IMG/VR virus record: IMGVR_UViG_3300009000_000003
Reading direction: 5' to 3' (one strand)
DNA: 64,000 nt
From: a virus
The notes under the pieces were generated by a model. That model was not told the origin of the DNA, did no database searches, and saw nothing but the letters and a program-made list of their open reading frames with translations. Below are positions 10,562-21,177 of the stretch, piece by piece. Positions within the stretch are counted from its first letter, which is position 1. The number at the start of each line of letters is the position of its first letter. A program made the translations under genes and the position numbers.

Positions 10562-13146
10562 GCTATTTATCTCAATCAATAAGAAATAGATTTCCTAGCT
10601 GGTCAGCTATAAGAAGAGAAGACTCTTCTAACGGCGCTAAAATAATAGATGTATTTGCTTTTTCATTAGAAAATTTAAGAAATGATTATAAAAAATTATA
10701 TAAACAAGAACCAAGTCTTTATTGTAGCCCAACATATGAACCTGGCCACATATTTTATACTTCATTAGAAAACCAAGAAGAATTTGTAAATTACTATAGA
10801 GATAATAAAGATTTAGAAAGCATTTTTATTAATGCAAATCAAGGTATTGAATTAAACCAGTATGATACTTACGAAGAACTAGTATCGTCATTACCAGATA
10901 GAATTGATGTCAATCTTTTAAAAACTAAAGAATGTTTAATTGTGGAGACAGAAGAAAAAGAAATTGAAAGTAGTTTCTTTTTAGATAAAGAAGGAGAAAA
11001 TATTTATATAGATTTAAACTATGTAAATAACTTTATTACTTCTGTTTCTCAACCTTACTTTAATAATGAAACTTCTATAACGTTAAGAGGAAAAAATTCT
11101 CTTTTTGATGATATTGAAGAAACAATAATTATTAAAAATACGGGAATGTATAAATCTAAAAATAGGTTTACATCTTTAGAAAAAATAGAAAAACAAGAAA
11201 ATATTTCAGGAGGAAATGGAATTTCTATTGTTGGCCTAGAAGGAGCAATAAGATTTTTTTCATCTCCTAAAAAAATATTTGGTAAAGAAATAAAAGATAA
11301 AATTCTTGTTAATAAATATAATCGACTAGAAGATCGAAATGGATTAGATGAAAATTATCTTTTTGTAGAGTTAAGGGAAGAAGAAGATAATTTTTATTTA
11401 GATTACATTTATAGATACTATGAATCAGGTATAGATTATAAAAAAGAAGAATCTTTAGAAGGCATTGAACATTTTGAAGATTTATTATTTAGTCAAATAA
11501 TTTTAGATATAAATGGCGAAAAGGTAAAAGTAGAAGATTTTTGGTGGGACGAAGTAAAACAAAAAATTATAGTAATAGATGCAGAGGGAATAATTTATTA
11601 TTATAATTTAAATAAACACTTTTTTACAGAACCAAGATTCAGTAGAAGTAAAAACATTACGTTTATATTTGAGGCTATAAACCAACAAGTAGCTTTAAAT
11701 GAAACTAGTGAAATCTTTGTTTTTCTAGAAAGGCCAAAAGGTCCAATATATAATTATTGCATCTTATTAGAGAAACCTAGTGATGAAAGCAATGAATATG
11801 AAAACTTTTTATTTTTAAATGAAAATAAAGAATTTCAAAATGAGATTTCTTTTTTTAAAGCAAAAGATCATTTAGATGTATTTGAAAATGTAGATTCTTT
11901 TAAATTTGATGTAAATTATAATGAAATTGGACAATATAATTTCTATATAATATCTTTTAGAATAAAAGAAGATATGCATTATGAATTTGAAAATAATAAT
12001 TTAACAAAAAATGAATTGTTAACTCGAATTCAAAATAGAATTGAAGATAATTATGAAACAGATATTCATGTAAATCGTTTGTCAATATACTGTGAATTTT
12101 TAAAACCAGAAAAAAGCTTCAATACAAATTTACTAGAAGGTAATTATTCTTTATACAAGGAAGGTCCTGAAAATAATTTATATTGTATAAAGACAGAAAA
12201 TAATATTGATTCTTTATATGTAATCAATGAATATACAGATGGATTTTTATTTAATTATTCTAGTGGAGAATTAGCAGTATTAAACGAATATGAATCTTTA
12301 TCTATTAATATAAATTCATCTTTAAATATTGAATTTAATTTTTATGATGAAATGACCAAATATAGAAACTCTACTTCTTTAGATGAATTAGGAGTTGAAT
12401 ATAAATTATTACGAGGTCAAAACGAAAGATTAAATGATTATTATAAAAGAATTTATAAATGTGTTTTAGAAAATTATAAATACCATAAAAATTCTTTTTA
12501 CAATTCATTAGGATATGCAACAGAGCTACAAGAAAAAATTATTTGTAGAATCAAACCTATTGAAACAGAAATATTTTTATTACCAAATATTATAATTAAT
12601 GATACAAATTTAATAGTGACAGAAGGTACACAAGAAGTATTGAATGTTTCTTTAAAAGAAAAGAAATTCTTAGTAGATATTTTTGAAGAATTAAATAACT
12701 TGAATTTATTTGAAATAGAAATTCTTGAAAATAATTATGAATATTTAAAATCAGAATATTTAATTCCTTGTAATGCTTATCGAGCAATTAATAATATGTT
12801 AAGCGATGATTATGTTACTAGATTACCTAAGAAATATATAAATTCTGTAACAGATTTTAATGGTAATTTTCTTTACAACAAGAACGATGCAGAATACATT
12901 TTGAACGAAAACAGTTATGTTTTAGAAGAAAATGTTTTAACAAAATTTAATCGTGGTGAAGAAAGATTGCATGTAGAGTATTATGATTATCCGTTAATAA
13001 TTAAATGGTCACCAATTAAAAGTTATGAAATTTATAAAGATAGTTTTAATAAAATTACACATGACGGTGATGAAAACTTGACTCAAGACGGTGCTAAAAT
13101 TTATAACATGATTTTAGAAAAACAAAACACATACTGGGGTAAATGA
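10558..13146 (+). CDS. Large baseplate/wedge-associated structural protein
   Basis: Follows the J-like gene with ATGA overlap; contains an LDELG...LLRGQNERLNDYYKRI wedge-type motif. Confidence 0.55.
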   Translation: MSYLSQSIRNRFPSWSAIRREDSSNGAKIIDVFAFSLENLRNDYKKLYKQEPSLYCSPTYEPGHIFYTSLENQEEFVNYYRDNKDLESIFINANQGIELNQYDTYEELVSSLPDRIDVNLLKTKECLIVETEEKEIESSFFLDKEGENIYIDLNYVNNFITSVSQPYFNNETSITLRGKNSLFDDIEETIIIKNTGMYKSKNRFTSLEKIEKQENISGGNGISIVGLEGAIRFFSSPKKIFGKEIKDKILVNKYNRLEDRNGLDENYLFVELREEEDNFYLDYIYRYYESGIDYKKEESLEGIEHFEDLLFSQIILDINGEKVKVEDFWWDEVKQKIIVIDAEGIIYYYNLNKHFFTEPRFSRSKNITFIFEAINQQVALNETSEIFVFLERPKGPIYNYCILLEKPSDESNEYENFLFLNENKEFQNEISFFKAKDHLDVFENVDSFKFDVNYNEIGQYNFYIISFRIKEDMHYEFENNNLTKNELLTRIQNRIEDNYETDIHVNRLSIYCEFLKPEKSFNTNLLEGNYSLYKEGPENNLYCIKTENNIDSLYVINEYTDGFLFNYSSGELAVLNEYESLSININSSLNIEFNFYDEMTKYRNSTSLDELGVEYKLLRGQNERLNDYYKRIYKCVLENYKYHKNSFYNSLGYATELQEKIICRIKPIETEIFLLPNIIINDTNLIVTEGTQEVLNVSLKEKKFLVDIFEELNNLNLFEIEILENNYEYLKSEYLIPCNAYRAINNMLSDDYVTRLPKKYINSVTDFNGNFLYNKNDAEYILNENSYVLEENVLTKFNRGEERLHVEYYDYPLIIKWSPIKSYEIYKDSFNKITHDGDENLTQDGAKIYNMILEKQNTYWGK

Positions 13147-13709
13147 TGAGCGAAGTTATATATACATTTTATATAGAGCAAAACATGGAGCCTCAAGTAG
13201 CTTTAACGCCTACTTTTAGCGTGTTTAAAAGTGTAGATGATGGATTGGATATGCTAGAAGAAGAATATCCAGAAATCATTAATCTTGGAAGCGGATATTA
13301 TAAATTTGTTTATACATGGAATGAAACATCACCTAGCGCCTGGTTGTTAAAAATAGCAACAACTTTAGTGCATCCTGCAGATGAGTATGTGCATCTTAAG
13401 ATAGAAAAGCATGATTACTTACCTACGCTTGCGCAATCAATTAAAGACACTGCAGACAACTTAACAACCTCGTCTACAACTTTACAAACAAGCGCTGATG
13501 AACTCTATTTAAGAGTAAACAGACTGCTTGATGTGCAAGAGGGAAGTTGGGAAATTGAAGGTACTGAACTTAAAATTTATACGCCTGCTGCAAACGAAGG
13601 CGAGCGTGTACTTATTGCTACATATCAATTATATGACTCAGAAGGTCAGCAATCAGCTTTAAATCCATTTAAAAGAACTTTAGTATCATTAGCTGAACGA
13701 GGATTCTAA
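13143..13709 (+). CDS. Hypothetical structural protein
   Basis: Coupled ORF in the structural operon. Confidence 0.65.
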   Translation: MMSEVIYTFYIEQNMEPQVALTPTFSVFKSVDDGLDMLEEEYPEIINLGSGYYKFVYTWNETSPSAWLLKIATTLVHPADEYVHLKIEKHDYLPTLAQSIKDTADNLTTSSTTLQTSADELYLRVNRLLDVQEGSWEIEGTELKIYTPAANEGERVLIATYQLYDSEGQQSALNPFKRTLVSLAERGF

Positions 13710-13711
13710 TT

Positions 13712-16063
13712 ATGTCTATAGTAGCAAGAGGGCTGCAACAAGGCATAGTTTCCCATGGCCTTGGTGGTGTAACACTTGGGCCAGATGAAGAAATAGTAGA
13801 ATTAGATATTCTTGCTATAGCTGTGTATGAAAAAAAAGAATATCCAACAACTGGAACTTTTAACGAAGTTGAAGGCTGGCAATGGAGTAAAAGCTTAGCA
13901 CAAGACTTGTCTAAAGAACGCCAGAGAATTAACTCTCATATTGGTGGTTATGAAAACAACCTTGAAGAAGGAACAATATATCAAGATTGGATCGGTGCAA
14001 AATTAAATGGTTTAGAAGTTTCTATTGTTGAAAAACAAGACAAAACAAAAAGATCTAAATGGTTAGCAGAAATAGATCCAGGCCAATATTCGATACTACA
14101 TAAAAAAAATTATTTGTATGGAAATAAAAGCTCATCACTTATTTTAAATGATGAATTATTTTATGAATTAGATGAGCTTGTTAAAAGTAATTTGACTATT
14201 AGTACTTATAAAAGAGATAGTTTTTTTAACAATATTCCAAACATTGTATATCAATATGATGATAATTTAGATCTAGAATTTAGTTATACTTATGATGATC
14301 AAAATAATGTACTTTTAAATCAATTGTATAAAAAAGAAATTGGCGTAGGAGAAGAGTTAGATTCTGGTAGTTGGGAATTTTGCGGAGTAAGTACGGAAAC
14401 TCGCAGCATTATTTATACTGAGTATTTCCCTGCAATCAATTTAAGATTAATAGAAAAAACTATCGAAGGTAATTTGATTGAATGGTCGAAGGTAAATAAA
14501 TTCTCTAATGAAAATAGAAGAGAGTTTATTGTAGATGAACACAGCGGAAAAATCTTTATCAATAGCAAAACAGATAAAAAGTTTTATGTTAAAAAAGATT
14601 TTGGAAACGCAATAGAAATATACGGAACAACCGACTCTTTAAAAGAGTCGGGAACTTTTAATAATAGATTTAGTTATTATAGTAAAACTAAAACTAAAAT
14701 ATTATTAAATGAAAATAGAGCTTCTGTTTACAACAAAGGTGATGTTATTACTTTTAATAAAGAAGGTAATAATTTTCAAAATGGCTCAGAATTATATATC
14801 TCTTATACAAATGTACCAAGGCTTTCTTATGAAATCACAGAAGAGAAAAGAACTTCTAATTTTAATTTAAAACCATACGAGCTTGGAACTTCTATAGGTT
14901 TAATTGAAATAGCACCGTATGAAAAAACATTATCTAAAATTAACCTTACTTCTGATTTAACTAAAGTAGGGAATGATTTATACCAAACTTTAAAAGTAGG
15001 TAGCGATTCTACTATTATTGAAGCAGAAGCATTAAATTATAAAAACAAACCGGTAAAAGAAATTAATATAAGTTTTTATACAGATAGCGGTTTGTTTGAA
15101 AACACTAGCAAAACAATTAACCAAATTACATCTGAATTGGGTACATGTTTGACTAGTTATTCTCAGCCTTATGAAAACGATGTATTAGCAGAATATGTAA
15201 ATATAGAATATGAAGGCAATAACTCTGTAATTGAATTAAATACAATTACACCTGGAACAAATGTAAATGATATAAATATTTTTCAAGTATTAAAAACAGA
15301 TCCATATTATGGATCATTAGGCACTATGTGTGAAATAGAATCTTTTGAATTAAAAAATGGCAAATATCACATAATATTAAAAGAAAAGCTTTTAGATTCA
15401 GAAGAATATATTACTTATCAAAATTATGACTTTAATGACATAGCTGAAAGATTTCCTTTGTTATGTCAAGAAGGCTATATAAACTTTGGGTGGGGTTATT
15501 TTTATTTTAATAATTCATTAGTTTCTTCAAAAGCTTTAATTGAAAATATTATTGAAGATAAATGCATTGTTGTAGATCCAGCAAATTTTGAAAATGTATT
15601 TTTTACTGAGATAAATCAAATGAGGTTATTCAAGAGAAATGAACTGTTATTTAATATTAATGATATTAAACAAACAGGAAGATCTTTTGACAGGATATGT
15701 TATTATTCAAATGGTGAAGAATATGTTTTGTTGCGTCCAGACAGGCTTGAAGGGCGCAAATTAATATTTGAAAACATACATATACCTCAAGCATCGGCTT
15801 CAAGCGTAACTAATATTATTGGAGCTTATAAAGTATTTAATAAAAAAATTAATAAAGTCTGGGCAGAAGCAGTTGATCCTGCTACTGGTAGAATTATAAG
15901 ATCAAATACTTTAAAAATAATAGTAGATTTTCCTGCTTACTTAAAAGGTAATCAAGGATTCAAATTAAAACAAGATTTGGATATTGACGAATCAGGATTA
16001 GGTGGATCTAATTTTATTACAATAAATCCATTAATTCAAAATCAAATTAACTTTATGATCTGA
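13712..16063 (+). CDS. Structural protein with Ig-like (Big_1-like) segment
   Basis: STIIEAEALNYKNKPVKEINISFYTDSG...TSELGTCLTSY resembles invasin-type Ig repeats. Confidence 0.5.
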   Translation: MSIVARGLQQGIVSHGLGGVTLGPDEEIVELDILAIAVYEKKEYPTTGTFNEVEGWQWSKSLAQDLSKERQRINSHIGGYENNLEEGTIYQDWIGAKLNGLEVSIVEKQDKTKRSKWLAEIDPGQYSILHKKNYLYGNKSSSLILNDELFYELDELVKSNLTISTYKRDSFFNNIPNIVYQYDDNLDLEFSYTYDDQNNVLLNQLYKKEIGVGEELDSGSWEFCGVSTETRSIIYTEYFPAINLRLIEKTIEGNLIEWSKVNKFSNENRREFIVDEHSGKIFINSKTDKKFYVKKDFGNAIEIYGTTDSLKESGTFNNRFSYYSKTKTKILLNENRASVYNKGDVITFNKEGNNFQNGSELYISYTNVPRLSYEITEEKRTSNFNLKPYELGTSIGLIEIAPYEKTLSKINLTSDLTKVGNDLYQTLKVGSDSTIIEAEALNYKNKPVKEINISFYTDSGLFENTSKTINQITSELGTCLTSYSQPYENDVLAEYVNIEYEGNNSVIELNTITPGTNVNDINIFQVLKTDPYYGSLGTMCEIESFELKNGKYHIILKEKLLDSEEYITYQNYDFNDIAERFPLLCQEGYINFGWGYFYFNNSLVSSKALIENIIEDKCIVVDPANFENVFFTEINQMRLFKRNELLFNINDIKQTGRSFDRICYYSNGEEYVLLRPDRLEGRKLIFENIHIPQASASSVTNIIGAYKVFNKKINKVWAEAVDPATGRIIRSNTLKIIVDFPAYLKGNQGFKLKQDLDIDESGLGGSNFITINPLIQNQINFMI

Positions 16064-16071
16064 GAAGCGTT

Positions 16072-18726
16072 ATGGCAGATAGACTTAAAACATTTACTTC
16101 TAATTTAATTCGTTTTGCTGCTGGAGAAAGACCTTCTGCAGATAAATTTAATGCTGCTAATGAATATCTTGGACGAAACATTAGAGATATTTTTAAAGCT
16201 ATTGGAGATATGTATGGGCAAGGATATCCACATTTAATTGATGGCGAAACCCATTTAACTGGTAAGTGGAATCCACATCAAGTAGGTGGGGATGAAGGCA
16301 GAGCTTTAGATATAGTTAATCTTGCTAGACTTATAGGGCCGGCTTCTAATTTAAATCCAAAACAGCTTTATGAAAATTCTGTTGAAAGAATAGAAGAGAT
16401 AATTCCAGCTGGAGTCGGAGAATATCAAACTAAATTTCCTTTTAAAACTTCAGTTGGACTTGCAATCTCAATTGAAGGATATGCTGAAATACTAGGAATA
16501 AATAATTTTACAAATAACAATCAATTCAAAGTATCTTATAATAAAAATACTATTTATTTTTCAGAAATAACGACTAGTGAATTAACTGTAATTTATCGTA
16601 CAGAACCTAAACTTTATCAAGGTGGAGGAAACTATCTTTACGCTGGGTTTAATGTAATACCAGACCCTAATCAAGCTTCTAAATTAGAAATTATTTCAGA
16701 TCCAAACGATCCCACTAGTTATAGATTAAATTGGTCAGAAACAACAATAGAAGCACAACAATCAGGTTTAATTGATCTTAATACCACCAGTACTGCTGGA
16801 GAGTGGAATGAAGGTAAAACAGCAACTTTGCCGCGATGGATGTGGATTGGAGATGATCCATTATTTTCCACTGGAACCATTATTCCTGAAGGCTTTCTTT
16901 ACGTTAAAAATTTAACTACTAATGAATGCTATCTTTCTGCGACATACACATTTTTAGATCAAACTAGCATTAAGATTAGTGGAGTAACTTTATGTTTAAC
17001 AGATGAATATCAAATAGTAACAGTAGGTACTGATATCACTACAAGCATAGATGATTTAAGAAATAAGTGGTTCAATCATAGACATGATGGATCTTTTGGA
17101 GAACCAAGAATTTCTGTTAAAGACCTTGTAGGCAAATATTTAGAGTCTGCAGATTTTGAAGAATCATCTATTGCTGACAATGATTTCCCTATGTATTTAC
17201 ATAGAAAAGGTTATCAAGAAGATAACTCCAGACGTAATGCAAATAATGCAATGCTTGGAGACATTGTTATGGGACAATCATCTTTTGATGATTTAGATCC
17301 TAACAGTAATGTTTTAATTATTGAGGAAGAAGATTTAAGTCACCAAAGCATAAATTTGAATAGTATAAGTAATAAAATTTTGTTTGGAGAAACAAATTCT
17401 TTTATAAGTCAAATAAACGGATGTTTAAATTTAAAAAATAATGCATCTATAAAATTTGGTTTAGATCCAGTAGATGGGTCAAAACAATATATTCGAAATG
17501 AAAGAGAAATAAACGATGTAACAGTTACTGACTATTTGCCTAGTGTAAATATTGAAAGTAAATTTGGAGGAATTGAAATTAATTCAAAAAGATTAAAAAT
17601 AGATACACCGTCTTTATTTCTTCAAAATACTAGAAATACAAAAAGTGGTTTTTATACTAATTTAAATCTTATTCTTTCAAATATATTAGCTTTAAATACA
17701 AAAGAAAAACATATTTATTCTTATTTAATTAATGAATATGCTTCATTAAATAATGAAAATGATTTTAATAATATTAATTCAAGTAATTTAAATGAAGAAA
17801 CAATATTAAATACAAGTGAAAAAGAATTACTTACTAATCATAAAATATTTAATAAAATTGAAAGAAATATAGAAGAATACAATTACGAAAAAGTTTTAAT
17901 TCCTGTTGAATTTGATTCTAATAAAAGAAAATACAATAATTATAAAAGTTATAATAACGAAATATTTAATTTTGAAATTCAAGAAGTTTTTCAAAATATA
18001 TTTGATGGTAATAATGTTCAGGCGGATTTAATTAATCAAATTGAATCAGATGTTTCAACTTTATATGGAAATAATATTAGTTTACAAAATGAATTAAATT
18101 TACCTGTTTACTATAGAGAAGAAAATAATTACAGTGCAATAAATTTTAATTCAACAACAATGAGTAACAATTATAATTATGCAACAATAAAAAATTCTGT
18201 CAATGAAAATGAACATAATTTTATAATTGAAGATATATACGATAACAGTATTTATGATATTGATTCATTAGAGTATGATTTAAACGAATATTTAAATAAT
18301 TATAAATTTTCATTTAAAGGAAATTTAAATTTCCAAATCAATAGAATTAATAATGAAAACTTTAATATTCAAGAAACATATAATAAAGTTCAATCAAATT
18401 GTAATTTGACTTTTTATTTAAAAGACAACACAAATGGAATAGGAAAAATAAATTATAAATTATTATATGAATTTAACAGAGAAAATATTTTTTATAAAGT
18501 TGATAAAATCAATCACGTAGGTGATCTTAGTGAAGGTCATGAATATGAAACAGATTTTATATCATCTTATTCTCAAGAAATAGGAAACAAAACATTAATT
18601 GATTTAAGAACTGCATTAAATTTAAATTTTACTAATGACCCTCACATTGTTTTTATAGAAGAAAAAATTAAAGGTAAATTCTTATTTTTAAATATAGTTT
18701 ATTTAAATGAAAATCTTGATAGATAA
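16072..18726 (+). CDS. Tail fibre-like structural protein
   Basis: FAAGERPSADKFN N-terminus, HRHDG metal-binding fibre motif and Asn-rich C-terminal region. Confidence 0.5.
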   Translation: MADRLKTFTSNLIRFAAGERPSADKFNAANEYLGRNIRDIFKAIGDMYGQGYPHLIDGETHLTGKWNPHQVGGDEGRALDIVNLARLIGPASNLNPKQLYENSVERIEEIIPAGVGEYQTKFPFKTSVGLAISIEGYAEILGINNFTNNNQFKVSYNKNTIYFSEITTSELTVIYRTEPKLYQGGGNYLYAGFNVIPDPNQASKLEIISDPNDPTSYRLNWSETTIEAQQSGLIDLNTTSTAGEWNEGKTATLPRWMWIGDDPLFSTGTIIPEGFLYVKNLTTNECYLSATYTFLDQTSIKISGVTLCLTDEYQIVTVGTDITTSIDDLRNKWFNHRHDGSFGEPRISVKDLVGKYLESADFEESSIADNDFPMYLHRKGYQEDNSRRNANNAMLGDIVMGQSSFDDLDPNSNVLIIEEEDLSHQSINLNSISNKILFGETNSFISQINGCLNLKNNASIKFGLDPVDGSKQYIRNEREINDVTVTDYLPSVNIESKFGGIEINSKRLKIDTPSLFLQNTRNTKSGFYTNLNLILSNILALNTKEKHIYSYLINEYASLNNENDFNNINSSNLNEETILNTSEKELLTNHKIFNKIERNIEEYNYEKVLIPVEFDSNKRKYNNYKSYNNEIFNFEIQEVFQNIFDGNNVQADLINQIESDVSTLYGNNISLQNELNLPVYYREENNYSAINFNSTTMSNNYNYATIKNSVNENEHNFIIEDIYDNSIYDIDSLEYDLNEYLNNYKFSFKGNLNFQINRINNENFNIQETYNKVQSNCNLTFYLKDNTNGIGKINYKLLYEFNRENIFYKVDKINHVGDLSEGHEYETDFISSYSQEIGNKTLIDLRTALNLNFTNDPHIVFIEEKIKGKFLFLNIVYLNENLDR

Positions 18727-18730
18727 ATAA

Positions 18731-20725
18731 ATGATTAATTTACAATTAATAAATCATCCAGGTGAACAAGAAACAGAAATTAATATTATTTCTGTAGTAA
18801 ATTCACATATAGATTCAATTGATTATTCTAAATTTATATCAAACCAAGATGTAGCTTTAGAAGCAATTGAATTTGAAGAAATTAATTCTAATGATAATTT
18901 AGAAATATTAAATCTATCTTGGCAACATCCTAAAAATAATATTAATTTTTTAAATCAAATATTTAAAGTAAAAACTAAAAGCTTTATTTTACCATATACA
19001 AATGTGTTAATTAGTGATCAGTATGAATTTGATATTGAAGGTAATGAAACGCCTTTATTTTTTAAACATAAGAAAAAATTAAAAGAAGCGCGCATAGAAG
19101 TTCGACGCTCAGGAAAAGAGCTTGAAGAATATTATGGTTATAAGTTTATAAATAATTATCTTTATACTAATTATACAAACCAATATGACTATGATACTGG
19201 CAGTTATGTACTTTATTATGTAGTTGGTACAGATCTAGAAGGTAACCCTGTAAACGAATTATTAAATGCAGAACCAGCTATAAAAGAAGCCACATGGGAA
19301 GATATTGATCTTGATTCTGGAGAGATAAGAAATAATACTTATACTAAAGAAGTATTGCCAGAAGGTACGTCTTTCAGAATTTCTGATGATGTAAAAAAAG
19401 AATGTAGCACAGAGAATAATGAGTCAGAATATTTTATTAAATTAGTAGACCAAAATCTTATACAGTTATTATCACCAGACGAGCATTCTATCAAAAACAC
19501 TTGGAATGTACGCGTATCTAATGGAGCTTTCTGGAGCAATGGTAAAAAATACTCTGTACCAGAATTTGAAAATCAAAATTTTAATCCTGAATTTGGATTA
19601 GTCAAAAAATCTTTTAAAGACTCTTATTTAGTAAATGAAAACATTATTAAATTGGCTTCAAAAAACATACGTTACAACCCAGTAAATGAATTACATTTAG
19701 ATCTTTTAATTTATTTAAATGAAGAAATTGTAGAGGCTATTAGTAGCGACCCTAATAAGATAGGAACACGTTATAAAGATTCAGAAATATTCTGGGAAAA
19801 TAAAATTTTAAATGTAGACGAACGCAATGGGTTTGTAGAACTAAATAAAAGTTTAGAATTAACAAAAGAAATTAAAAGCGATTATTTTTGTTTTGTAGAT
19901 GATTATTTAATTAAAGAAATTAATTTTAATCCTACAATTAATAAAAACATTATATACAATAAATACTTTTTCTATTTAAAACCTAACGTACAAGCTGGGT
20001 TTAAAAGTATTGAGTGGTTAATTCTAGATGAAGATAATGTTATTATTGAATGCTCTCAAGAAAATCTTAAAGTAGAATACAATAATACATTTAATGAAAA
20101 CACAATCATTAACGAAACTTTAAATACTTTTAAAAATCTATACTGCTACAACTATAATAACAATTATGAATATTTAATATTAGGAGAAGTTTTCTTAAAA
20201 GAAGATTACTATCTAGATGAAATTAATCAAGCAGAACTATCTCTTAACAATAAAATAAATATTAACTCAAGTGTAAATAGGCAATGGAAACTTTTACAGA
20301 GTGAATATGGTTATGGAGAAAAAGGCCAAGCAGTACAAAAGAATAATATTCTGTATTTAAAAGTACCTAAGATGCTATTAGATACAATGAGCCAAGATGA
20401 AATAGACAATGCTTTACGTAGAAAACTTAAAGCTGGAACTGATATTGTAATTGAGTACGATATAGAAGAAAGTTTATTAAATATAACTTTACCAGTTGTT
20501 AAAAAAGTATCTGTTAATATGAATTGGGAAGGCCCTGGTAATTATAAACTTTATAGAAGTGACTCTGAAGTAGGTATCAAAGAATTAATTTATGAAAAAG
20601 AAAGTATTGAACGAGAAACAGTAGGTTATGTAGACAACAATGTAGAATCAAATAAAAAGTACTATTACTGGTCTAGATATAATAATAATGATTTTGGAAG
20701 AACTTATGGAGTTGAAGTCAGATGA
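18731..20725 (+). CDS. Structural protein with C-terminal FN3-like domain
   Basis: W...YKLYRS...YVDNNVESNKKYYYW is an FN3 signature. Confidence 0.55.
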   Translation: MINLQLINHPGEQETEINIISVVNSHIDSIDYSKFISNQDVALEAIEFEEINSNDNLEILNLSWQHPKNNINFLNQIFKVKTKSFILPYTNVLISDQYEFDIEGNETPLFFKHKKKLKEARIEVRRSGKELEEYYGYKFINNYLYTNYTNQYDYDTGSYVLYYVVGTDLEGNPVNELLNAEPAIKEATWEDIDLDSGEIRNNTYTKEVLPEGTSFRISDDVKKECSTENNESEYFIKLVDQNLIQLLSPDEHSIKNTWNVRVSNGAFWSNGKKYSVPEFENQNFNPEFGLVKKSFKDSYLVNENIIKLASKNIRYNPVNELHLDLLIYLNEEIVEAISSDPNKIGTRYKDSEIFWENKILNVDERNGFVELNKSLELTKEIKSDYFCFVDDYLIKEINFNPTINKNIIYNKYFFYLKPNVQAGFKSIEWLILDEDNVIIECSQENLKVEYNNTFNENTIINETLNTFKNLYCYNYNNNYEYLILGEVFLKEDYYLDEINQAELSLNNKININSSVNRQWKLLQSEYGYGEKGQAVQKNNILYLKVPKMLLDTMSQDEIDNALRRKLKAGTDIVIEYDIEESLLNITLPVVKKVSVNMNWEGPGNYKLYRSDSEVGIKELIYEKESIERETVGYVDNNVESNKKYYYWSRYNNNDFGRTYGVEVR

Positions 20726-21177
20726 GTTTTATATTTCAAAAAGCAGACGGCACTCCATTAAGTCAAAATGATTTAATTGAATCATCAAGTTTGTTGTTAA
20801 ATGGAGCTGAAGTAGATTTTTATATTTACTCAGATGCTGCTACAACAAATCCAGGGATTTATTTGAAAACTTCTAGTTTTTTAGGTGAAATAAACATGCC
20901 TGGAAAAGAGTCTGTATATAAAGACTACGCGGACTTATTGCACTGGGGGAGCGACACTAGTGTAGATGCAGGATTAGAAGTAAAAAGGACTGTAGAAGGC
21001 GTAGAAGAGTGGACTAAATTCTCTTTCATACATGGGGCTAGCTTCTCAAATAAAATTAGCTTAGAGCAAGGTATTTTGGAACAAGAAGGAGTATTTTCCA
21101 TAAGCTTAAGATATAAATCTTATCCAAATGCAGAAGCTAGAAGATTATTTATAGGAGTCGAAATAGATGATTCTTGA
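20722..21177 (+). CDS. Hypothetical structural protein
   Basis: Coupled ORF. Confidence 0.6.
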   Translation: MSFIFQKADGTPLSQNDLIESSSLLLNGAEVDFYIYSDAATTNPGIYLKTSSFLGEINMPGKESVYKDYADLLHWGSDTSVDAGLEVKRTVEGVEEWTKFSFIHGASFSNKISLEQGILEQEGVFSISLRYKSYPNAEARRLFIGVEIDDS

